Part shown: in pieces, positions 6,416-13,005 of the stretch
Position numbering within the stretch: the stretch's first letter is position 1
Layout: every line of letters starts with the position of its first letter
Assembly (NCBI GenBank): GCA_044359815.1
Contig: JBIKLL010000023.1
Coordinates: 1-24,000 of the forward strand
DNA from: Pseudobdellovibrionaceae bacterium
Lineage (GTDB): Bacteria > Bdellovibrionota > Bdellovibrionia > Bdellovibrionales > Bdellovibrionaceae
DNA length: 24,000 nucleotides
Direction of reading: 5' to 3'
The notes under the pieces: generated by a model
Database searches by the model: none
Told to the model about the DNA's origin: nothing
What the model saw: the letters and a program-made list of their open reading frames with translations, nothing else
Program-made: the position numbers and the translations under genes

Positions 6416-7356
6416 CAGTGCCCCCCTTCCAGGCGCACAGAACACTCATCAAAGAGCTGCTTGGCTTCCTTAAATATGGGGTCATTGATGTCTTTAAGCA
6501 TAATCATGACTTGCGAAAACGATGACTTACACAATCTAAAATTGTTTTTTCCCAGATACCTTTTCCCCAGAATCATGTTTTGCTGAATCTGTCCGTCGAA
6601 CTTTCTCTTTGCCAGAGCCCAATATTTTTTGGACAGATCATGATTCGGAAAGAAACTCAGCGCTGCTTGAAATGATTGAATCGATCTGGCGTATTGTCCC
6701 TGTCGATAGTCCCGGAAACCCTTCAGATAATGCTGTTGCGCCAATTGAAACTGCAGTGTGTCCTGTCCAGTTTGTATGCGCTTTTGTTCAATATCTTTTA
6801 TTGTAGATATCGACTGCTCTATAGATTTAGTGACATCAAACTGTGATCTGACAGGAACTGGTTCAGATTTTTTTGTTTCAGGACTAAAGTACATATACGC
6901 AATAAGTCCTATTAATAGAGCGATTCCGTACAATCTGATTCTGCCCCAATCTGATCCAACGCCTTTTGCAAAAACCTTTGGTTTTTTAGCCAGGGACAGT
7001 TGTTCCAAAAACTCGGGATTAAATATTTTGTATCTGACTGTTAAATGAGTGTCGCCCAAGGTCAGTTTTACAGGCTGATTAACACTGACCTCTTTAATCA
7101 TATTGTCGTTCAAAAATAATACGTTTTTGTCAGAAACATTTCTGATTCTGATTCCAGATGGCGTCAGCTTGATTTCACAATGATGGCGACTGGCCTTAAT
7201 GTCCTCTAATATCACATCATTGTCGGGCTCGCGTCCCAGACTGATTTTCTGTTTAGTAAAGGTATAAATCTTGCCGACGTTTTTACCTGATTCCAGCACC
7301 ACTTCGATTACGAACTGTGGGGATCCATCTGGACGAATCATAGGGGCTGCACTCAT
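6415..7356 (-). CDS. Membrane protein FHA-TM-TPR-like
   Basis: Start set at ATG 7356 (MSAAPMIRPDG). An AAGGAGG SD lies 6 nt upstream, and the start forms an ATGA overlap with the upstream stop. The FHA domain is ISLGREPDNDVILEDIKASRHHCEIKL...LFLNDN. The TM is IRLYGIALLIGLIAYMYF. The C-terminal region is TPR-like (HYLKGFRDYRQGQYARSIQSFQAALSFFPNH). Confidence 0.85.
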   Translation of the reverse strand: MSAAPMIRPDGSPQFVIEVVLESGKNVGKIYTFTKQKISLGREPDNDVILEDIKASRHHCEIKLTPSGIRIRNVSDKNVLFLNDNMIKEVSVNQPVKLTLGDTHLTVRYKIFNPEFLEQLSLAKKPKVFAKGVGSDWGRIRLYGIALLIGLIAYMYFSPETKKSEPVPVRSQFDVTKSIEQSISTIKDIEQKRIQTGQDTLQFQLAQQHYLKGFRDYRQGQYARSIQSFQAALSFFPNHDLSKKYWALAKRKFDGQIQQNMILGKRYLGKNNFRLCKSSFSQVMIMLKDINDPIFKEAKQLFDECSVRLEGGH

Positions 7357-8948
7357 GCTGCGCCTCCTTGTGATTCTGTCAAAGGTGCGAATGAAATCAG
7401 ATAAAATTCTGGCTGACCATTTGATTGACCCAAAGCCTGACATTGAATCGACAACATCATGCTGGAAATTTCAATCTGATCGTTGACTGTAACCTGCGGC
7501 TGCGCCCCAGATTTTTTAATTAATTCTTGCAGATTTTTTTGTAAGGCCTGATCAGGTATGGCGACAATATTTTGATTGAATAATTGCATTGCCGAATAGC
7601 CAGTCAAAGCTTCAAATTGCGGATTGATTTCCAAAATCATACCCATTTTGTTAATCAACAATCCCGGAAAGCCCATAATCTTGATAATGTTTCTGATTTC
7701 GTTTTCATTGATACCACTGTGCTCTAACAATTGCGGCCCACCTGACACCCCACCACGCGACACCAGACTGTTAATATTTACCAAGACATCGTGTAATGCC
7801 TGTGACCTGATTGAAGTCTGCACGTGATCAACCTTGTTGCTCAAAACCTCGTCCAAGTTTTTCTTAAGCTGCACCAATGGGTATTCGACGACTTTTGCAA
7901 GCAGATAAAACATCACAAATCCCAACAGCAATGCGATAGCCAACATCTGGATAAACATGCTGAAAGCTTTCCCATCACTAAAGGTCAAGCTCTTCGGATT
8001 ATAGATAATGACCACTGTGGCTTTAGCTACGTTTTGTTGCAGCTCTGGATCAAACACTACAATTGGAGCACTGGCTGCGATCTGGTCATTTGACAGAACC
8101 ACAGAAGTTTCCTTGATGTATCCACGGATTTGTTTCACAAACCCTGCTTGTTTAGGCGAAGCTCCAACTCGTTCACCTGGGGCAATGATGGTGCCGTCTT
8201 TAGAAATGATGTAAACATCATCAATGCCTTCTTCGCGTAAAATCAAATCAGTGGTGTAGCTGGAAATATCATTGCTTCTGATTATTTTTTCATTGGATTG
8301 TGCCAAAGCTCTGGCCAGGGTCAATGCACGCCGTTTGCTTTCAATCTGCACACTTTCTTGTGTGATGCTCTTCATCGGAAAAATCGCCAACAAAGTAATC
8401 GCAAAAATAAATATTAGTGCAAACCCAACAACCACAGCTTTCACATCAAACGAATGCGTCAGCTGAAACAATCCCGGATAAACCGCGCGTTCCAAATAGT
8501 TTTCGATTTGTTCATTTAGTGATTTTGGCAGTGCCATTGATCGATTGACTGAAGAATCTGCAGACTGCTGACCCATCGCCGGTGTCATTGGCTGCGATGG
8601 CATCTGAGCCGCAGGCATCTGTCGGGTCTGTCGGGCCAATGCCCGTTGATTGACCTGATGATCCCTTTCAACCAGTTCCATCATAACGTCATGAGCAGCA
8701 ATCTTGTCGCCCTTTTTCAGGATCGTATTGCGAACACGAACTCCGTTTACAAAGGTTCCGTTACTGGATTCCAGATCCTTTAACAAAAATTTCTCGTCAC
8801 GATAAATGATTTCAAAATGTTCCTTGGAAACTTGTGGGTTATCAATCTGAATATCGCAACTCTCAGCCCTGCCGATTTTGTTGTGTCCCTTTTTCAGGGA
8901 ATAAGTTCTGCCTGTTTGGCTTCCAGATAGGATCTTAATTTTCCACAT
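7353..8948 (-). CDS. Sensor-like FHA protein: FHA, Q/M/P-rich linker, TM, Cache-like extracytoplasmic domain, TM, HAMP-like segment, PAS-like domain. No recognisable enzymatic output domain
   Basis: The FHA domain is NKIGRAESCDIQIDNPQVSKEHFEIIYRDEKFLLKDLESSNGTFVNG. TM1 is AVVVGFALIFIFAITLLAIFPM. A ~140-aa domain between the TMs has a Cache-like core (DDVYIISKDGTIIAP). TM2 is FSMFIQMLAIALLLGFVMFYLLA. The HAMP-like segment is YPLVQLKKNLDEVL...LVNINSLVSR. The C-terminal region is PAS-like (GLLINKMGMILEINPQFEALTGYSAMQL). Start taken at ATG 8948 (MWKIKIL) with GGGGA upstream; TTG 8963 is an alternative. Confidence 0.8.
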   Translation of the reverse strand: MWKIKILSGSQTGRTYSLKKGHNKIGRAESCDIQIDNPQVSKEHFEIIYRDEKFLLKDLESSNGTFVNGVRVRNTILKKGDKIAAHDVMMELVERDHQVNQRALARQTRQMPAAQMPSQPMTPAMGQQSADSSVNRSMALPKSLNEQIENYLERAVYPGLFQLTHSFDVKAVVVGFALIFIFAITLLAIFPMKSITQESVQIESKRRALTLARALAQSNEKIIRSNDISSYTTDLILREEGIDDVYIISKDGTIIAPGERVGASPKQAGFVKQIRGYIKETSVVLSNDQIAASAPIVVFDPELQQNVAKATVVIIYNPKSLTFSDGKAFSMFIQMLAIALLLGFVMFYLLAKVVEYPLVQLKKNLDEVLSNKVDHVQTSIRSQALHDVLVNINSLVSRGGVSGGPQLLEHSGINENEIRNIIKIMGFPGLLINKMGMILEINPQFEALTGYSAMQLFNQNIVAIPDQALQKNLQELIKKSGAQPQVTVNDQIEISSMMLSIQCQALGQSNGQPEFYLISFAPLTESQGGAA

Positions 8949-9282
8949 ACAACTGATCCCCAACTGAAAGACTAATTAAATTTGGATTTCCAGAACTGAC
9001 TTCGATAACTGAATTGGCTCCCCACACCGGCCAGACCAATCCAAAAGGTTTGATCTGTTTTTTGATTGCTTTGATTTTTAAATTTTTATCCAAAAACACA
9101 CAGTCGATGTCAAATTTCATAAAGCAAGTGTGTATGCTGTTGCAGCTGTGAATCCATAACCCCTGCTGATCAGTCAATGAACGACGACCCATCAGACCGA
9201 TAGCACGGTCCCAAAATTTATCAGCGATGATCAAATCGCTTAATAAAATCTGTTTAGAGTTGTTGTTCTTTAAGACCGCCAC
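8935..9282 (-). CDS. DUF192-family protein
   Basis: 115 aa. The family-like core is RAIGLMGRRSL....GLWIHSCNSIHTCFMKFDIDCVFLDKNLKIKAI. It uses a GTG start that overlaps the TAG stop of the upstream gene by 1 nt. No signal peptide is seen. Confidence 0.7.
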   Translation of the reverse strand: MAVLKNNNSKQILLSDLIIADKFWDRAIGLMGRRSLTDQQGLWIHSCNSIHTCFMKFDIDCVFLDKNLKIKAIKKQIKPFGLVWPVWGANSVIEVSSGNPNLISLSVGDQLYVEN

Positions 9283-10232
9283 TAATTGCCCCCGTACATA
9301 AACTGGATGATGACCGGACCAAACACGATGATAAAAACTGCTGGTAAAATAAATAATATCATTGGAACCAACAGCGCTTGCGAAGCTCTGGCACCGGCTT
9401 TTTCTGCGCGCACAAATCGCTCAAGCCTGATTTGTTCGCTTTGCTCTTTCAGAACTTTCGAAATGCTGGCACCCGTTGCGTCGGCATCAATCAACACAGC
9501 CACGAAGCTGGTGATTTCTGGAATGTCTAATCGTTTTGACATCCCCCTTAAAGCATCAGCACGGCTGGAACCCAGCTTGATGTCCTTCAGGATAATGCCT
9601 AGCTCTTCAGCCAAAACACTGTCCTGAGCCTTGTCAGCAATTTTTTGAATCGCCGAAATAAAATCCAAACCAGCTTCTGTCGACAACGCCAACAGGTCTG
9701 CAAAAAATGGCAGATCAGCACGCACTGAAATTTCGCGAGAATTTTTTTCTGAGCGAGCGTAGAAAGTCGGCAGATAATATCCAATCGGCATTAACAAAAT
9801 CACAATCGGCCATGAAAATCCCAAATCCATCGTAAAGTTCGCAACAGCAATCAGCGCTGGCGCCATAATCCCCCAGAAAAACTGGAAGCCAATAAATTCA
9901 TCAACGTTCAGTTCCTTGGAAAGCCCCGAAGTTAAAATCAAGTATTCGATTTTCTTTCTGTACTCGGGGTCTTTGACTTTCAATGCGTACTTGAGTGTGA
10001 ACTGATGCACCAGGGGTCTGGAAAAATTAATAATCGCAGATTTGGATTTTACGGGTTCGTTGCCACTAGCCCATGAAAGCAATTCTTTTTGTGCGTTGGT
10101 ATTAGTCATGAATGATGAAACTAAAAAATACACAGACAATGCTGCCATAAATAATCCTGCAAAAAGTAACAGGTCCGCTTGAATCACTTTTCTGGTTCCT
10201 TTCACGCAAAGTTTGTGATGAACTCGGTTCAT
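9282..10232 (-). CDS. Type II secretion system F-family protein (TadC/TadB-like Flp-pilus platform protein)
   Basis: The C-terminal T2SS-F domain is clear: LGSSRADALRGMSKRLDIPEITSFVAVLIDADATGASISKVLKEQSEQIRLERFVRAEKAGARASQALLVPMILFILPAVFIIVFGPVI. An N-terminal TM and central TMs are also present. The N-terminus is uncertain. ATG 10256 and ATG 10232 both overlap the divergent maf start, and GTG 10205 is another candidate. Confidence 0.85.
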   Translation of the reverse strand: MNRVHHKLCVKGTRKVIQADLLLFAGLFMAALSVYFLVSSFMTNTNAQKELLSWASGNEPVKSKSAIINFSRPLVHQFTLKYALKVKDPEYRKKIEYLILTSGLSKELNVDEFIGFQFFWGIMAPALIAVANFTMDLGFSWPIVILLMPIGYYLPTFYARSEKNSREISVRADLPFFADLLALSTEAGLDFISAIQKIADKAQDSVLAEELGIILKDIKLGSSRADALRGMSKRLDIPEITSFVAVLIDADATGASISKVLKEQSEQIRLERFVRAEKAGARASQALLVPMILFILPAVFIIVFGPVIIQFMYGGN

Positions 10233-11484
10233 GTACAAACTTGTGCTGGCATCCAACTCACCCCGAAGACAAAAACTTCTTCAGGAAGCAGGATTTCTCT
10301 TTAACTCATTCCCCGTTAACTTATCGGAAAAACTTGAGAATAACCTGAAGCCAGAGGAACAAATTTTATCCATAGCCCGACAAAAGGCCAGGTGGGCCGC
10401 ACAGACTTATAAACCATTGGATTCTGAAGATTTTCTGATACTGACGGCCGATACGATGGTTGTGTCAGAGGGAATCCCCTTGGGAAAGCCTGCTGATAAC
10501 CCAGACGCATGTCGAATGCTTTTACAACTTTCCGGAAATTCTCACCGGGTCATCACTGCGGTTACCCTCTGCAGAAGCCCCTATCAAGAGGTCCTGTCCT
10601 TCCATGTAACCACTGAAGTTTTCTTTAAAAAACTGAATGATACACAGATCCAAGATTATCTGGCTACGGGTCAGCATTTGGACAAGGCCGGAGCCTACGG
10701 GATCCAGAGTGCTGCTGGGAAATTTGTTGAAAAAATAATTGGTGATTTTAATAACGTCGTTGGCTTTCCGATTTTGGAATTTGAAAAACAATTGGCCGAT
10801 AAAAATATTATTCTGCAAAAACAAAAACCCACCGTTGAACCCTTGTCGGTAGTGACTGAGAAAATAAAATCAATCAGTGAAAAAACAAAAATCGTTGCTG
10901 TTTCAAAACTGCAAAGCACTGATGCGATTCGTGGATTGTATCTGCAAGGTCAGCTGGATTTTGCTGAAAATTATGTGCAAGAAACTGTTGAAAAACTGTC
11001 TGAGCTTTCCGATTTACCAATCAGATGGCATTTCATCGGGCACCTGCAAAAAAATAAAGTTAAAAATGTTGTGGGAAATTTTGAATTTATTCATTCTGTG
11101 GACACCGTTGAATTGTGCAAAAAAATCGATCAAATCGCTGGCGAAAAGGGCCTTTACCAAAAAATATTTTTACAAATCAACGTGGCGGGCGATCCTGGCA
11201 AATCAGGTTTTAATCCTGACAATATCTTGACCGATCTGAATCAGATTTTTAGTCTGAAAAACATTAGGGTCGTGGGTTTGATGACCATGCCGCCTTTGAC
11301 AAATTCTGCTCAGCAAAACAAAAAATATTTTATGGATCTCAGAAAAATTCGCGATCAGATCGCCGAAAACCATCCTGAATGTCAGGAACTGTCGATGGGA
11401 ACCACTCAGGATTTTTTGACCGCGGCTCAGTGTGGTGCAACCTTTGTGCGACTGGGTACGATTTTATTTGGCCAACGCCCGTAA
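10231..11484 (+). CDS. maf-yggS: Fusion protein: Maf nucleoside-triphosphate pyrophosphatase (N-terminal ~190 aa) plus a YggS-family PLP-binding protein (C-terminal ~200 aa)
   Basis: One uninterrupted 417-aa ORF. Maf motifs present: LVLASNSPRRQKLL, LTADTMVV, LGKP, LDKAGAYGIQS, NVVGFP. YggS motifs present: IVAVSK (PLP lysine), WHFIGHLQKNK, VGLMTMPP, LSMGTTQDF, FVRLGTILFG. Confidence 0.85.
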   Translation: MYKLVLASNSPRRQKLLQEAGFLFNSFPVNLSEKLENNLKPEEQILSIARQKARWAAQTYKPLDSEDFLILTADTMVVSEGIPLGKPADNPDACRMLLQLSGNSHRVITAVTLCRSPYQEVLSFHVTTEVFFKKLNDTQIQDYLATGQHLDKAGAYGIQSAAGKFVEKIIGDFNNVVGFPILEFEKQLADKNIILQKQKPTVEPLSVVTEKIKSISEKTKIVAVSKLQSTDAIRGLYLQGQLDFAENYVQETVEKLSELSDLPIRWHFIGHLQKNKVKNVVGNFEFIHSVDTVELCKKIDQIAGEKGLYQKIFLQINVAGDPGKSGFNPDNILTDLNQIFSLKNIRVVGLMTMPPLTNSAQQNKKYFMDLRKIRDQIAENHPECQELSMGTTQDFLTAAQCGATFVRLGTILFGQRP

Positions 11485-11537
11485 TTCTGCAATCATAAAA
11501 TTCAGAGACCTTTAAGCCTTTATGTCTGGAGCCTTTT

Positions 11538-12365
11538 GTGGATCAGCATTTTAAATTACCTTACAAAGTTGGATTTTTAGGAACTGGCAACCTGGCACAA
11601 GCCATGATCAAGGGTTTGCTTGAAAACAAAGTTCTGCCGCCTGAACGGATTTTTGGATCAAACAGATCACCTGGAAAGCTGCAGAAACTGGAAGCACTGG
11701 GGATAAAAGTTGTCGCGCAAAACGAAGAGCTTATAAATAATTGCGACGTCATAGTTGTCGCCACAAAACCTCAGGATCTGATTGCAGCATTGGAACCAAT
11801 CGGTTCGCTGATGTTACAAAATCAAATCGTCATCAGTTTGGCTGCAGGAATCAGTCTTAAAACTTTGCAAAGCAAAACTCCTCAATGCCGAGTGGTCAGG
11901 TTAATGCCAAACACTCCATCGATTATCAGTAAGGGCGTTTTGGGTTATGTTTCAAACACCACTGATGGAACAACGGATACAATTGTTGAGGATTTGTTTT
12001 CATCGTTAGGCTACGTCATCAAGGTCGAAGACGAAGAAAAACTGGAAAGCCTGTCTGTGGCTTGCGCTGCGGGGACGGGATTTGTTTTTGAACTGATGCT
12101 TTATTGGCAAGAATGGCTTGAAGAACATGGCTTTGCCACCGATGTGTCCCGCAAAATGACAGTCGAGACTTTTTTAGGTGCGGCGATGTTAGCGTCAATG
12201 AACAAAGATTCTTCGATCGATGACCTGTTGGCCAAGGTGGCATCGAAAAAAGGTATTACCCAAGCTGGACTTGAGTCCATGAGGGAATTAGAAATTGAGC
12301 GCGCGCTAAGATATTCTTTTGAAAAAGCAGCGTTACGCAATCAAGAGCTTGCGAAGATCAGCTAA
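11538..12365 (+). CDS. proC: Pyrroline-5-carboxylate reductase
   Basis: It has the Rossmann motif VGFLGTGNLAQAM, plus VVATKPQD, RLMPNTP and the C-terminal dimerisation region ending SKKGITQAGL. The GTG start at 11538 has GGAG 6 nt upstream. Confidence 0.9.
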   Translation: MDQHFKLPYKVGFLGTGNLAQAMIKGLLENKVLPPERIFGSNRSPGKLQKLEALGIKVVAQNEELINNCDVIVVATKPQDLIAALEPIGSLMLQNQIVISLAAGISLKTLQSKTPQCRVVRLMPNTPSIISKGVLGYVSNTTDGTTDTIVEDLFSSLGYVIKVEDEEKLESLSVACAAGTGFVFELMLYWQEWLEEHGFATDVSRKMTVETFLGAAMLASMNKDSSIDDLLAKVASKKGITQAGLESMRELEIERALRYSFEKAALRNQELAKIS

Positions 12366-12412
12366 GCTCCCCTAATCTAATAAAAGGTTATTTGATTTTT
12401 GCGGAGGAAAGC

Positions 12413-12985
12413 ATGAAGTTTTCAACTACTGAGATTGCCAATAAGGTTTTCAAAAAAGAATTTTATGGATATTGCGTTGAAGAGGTTAAATCTTATTTAG
12501 ACGGTTTATCAAATCATTTAAACCAAATCCTGCAAGAGCGAAATTCATTGAAAGAACAGGTCAGACTGTACGAATCGCAAATAACTGAATTTAAACAAAA
12601 CGAACAAATTTTGCGTGAAACAATCACGGCTGCGACACAAATGTCTGAGCGGATGAAAGAGGAAGCTCGAGTCGAAGCACATAAAATTATTTTAAGCAGC
12701 CAGGAAAAGTCTCAGCAGCAAAGCCAAGAGGCCACAGAATCGCTGAAAAAGATGTACTTGGAATTGGCAGAGCTAAAAAAGGCCAAACAGAATTTCGAAA
12801 TCAATCTGAAAGCTTTGGCAAAATCACATATTGATTACATCGACCAGTCGGCCAAATCTACAGCCCAGACCGAAATCCCAGTGGCAGTGGCCAAAACTGA
12901 GGTTGCTGAAAAAACCAGTAGGGCCGAACGCTCAGAAGAAATCAAATCCTCTGGCTTTAAAGTTCAGCCCCTAGATTTTACTTAG
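12413..12985 (+). CDS. divIVA: DivIVA-domain protein
   Basis: The N-terminal DivIVA motif is EIANKVFKKEFYGYCVEEVKSYLDGL, followed by a long coiled coil. Start set at ATG 12413 (MKFSTT), which has a GGAGGA SD at 12403-12408. Confidence 0.85.
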   Translation: MKFSTTEIANKVFKKEFYGYCVEEVKSYLDGLSNHLNQILQERNSLKEQVRLYESQITEFKQNEQILRETITAATQMSERMKEEARVEAHKIILSSQEKSQQQSQEATESLKKMYLELAELKKAKQNFEINLKALAKSHIDYIDQSAKSTAQTEIPVAVAKTEVAEKTSRAERSEEIKSSGFKVQPLDFT

Positions 12986-13005
12986 TTTAAATCTGGAGCG
13001 CAGCT

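Noticed and set aside
5833-8466. Many short ORFs on both strands inside the three FHA genes, for example 5879..6253, 6609..7048, 7271..7486 and 7624..8466
   Set aside because: All are nested in or antisense to ORFs with clear FHA, TM or TPR features. The N-terminal extension of the 6415..7443 ORF overlaps the upstream gene's C-terminus, and the SD-supported ATG 7356 supersedes it.
9286-9784. ORFs 9286..9627 (+) and 9599..9784 (-) within the TadC-like gene
   Set aside because: They are antisense or out of frame relative to an ORF with an unmistakable T2SS-F domain.
10316-11230. ORFs 10316..10510, 10522..10824 and 10695..10919 (-), and 10877..11230 (+), inside maf-yggS
   Set aside because: They are nested in the Maf/YggS frame, which carries both families' motifs. 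The +-strand 10877 ORF is out of frame and Lys/Leu-rich by composition. I also considered whether it signals a frameshift splitting the fusion, but the YggS motifs are in the same frame as Maf.
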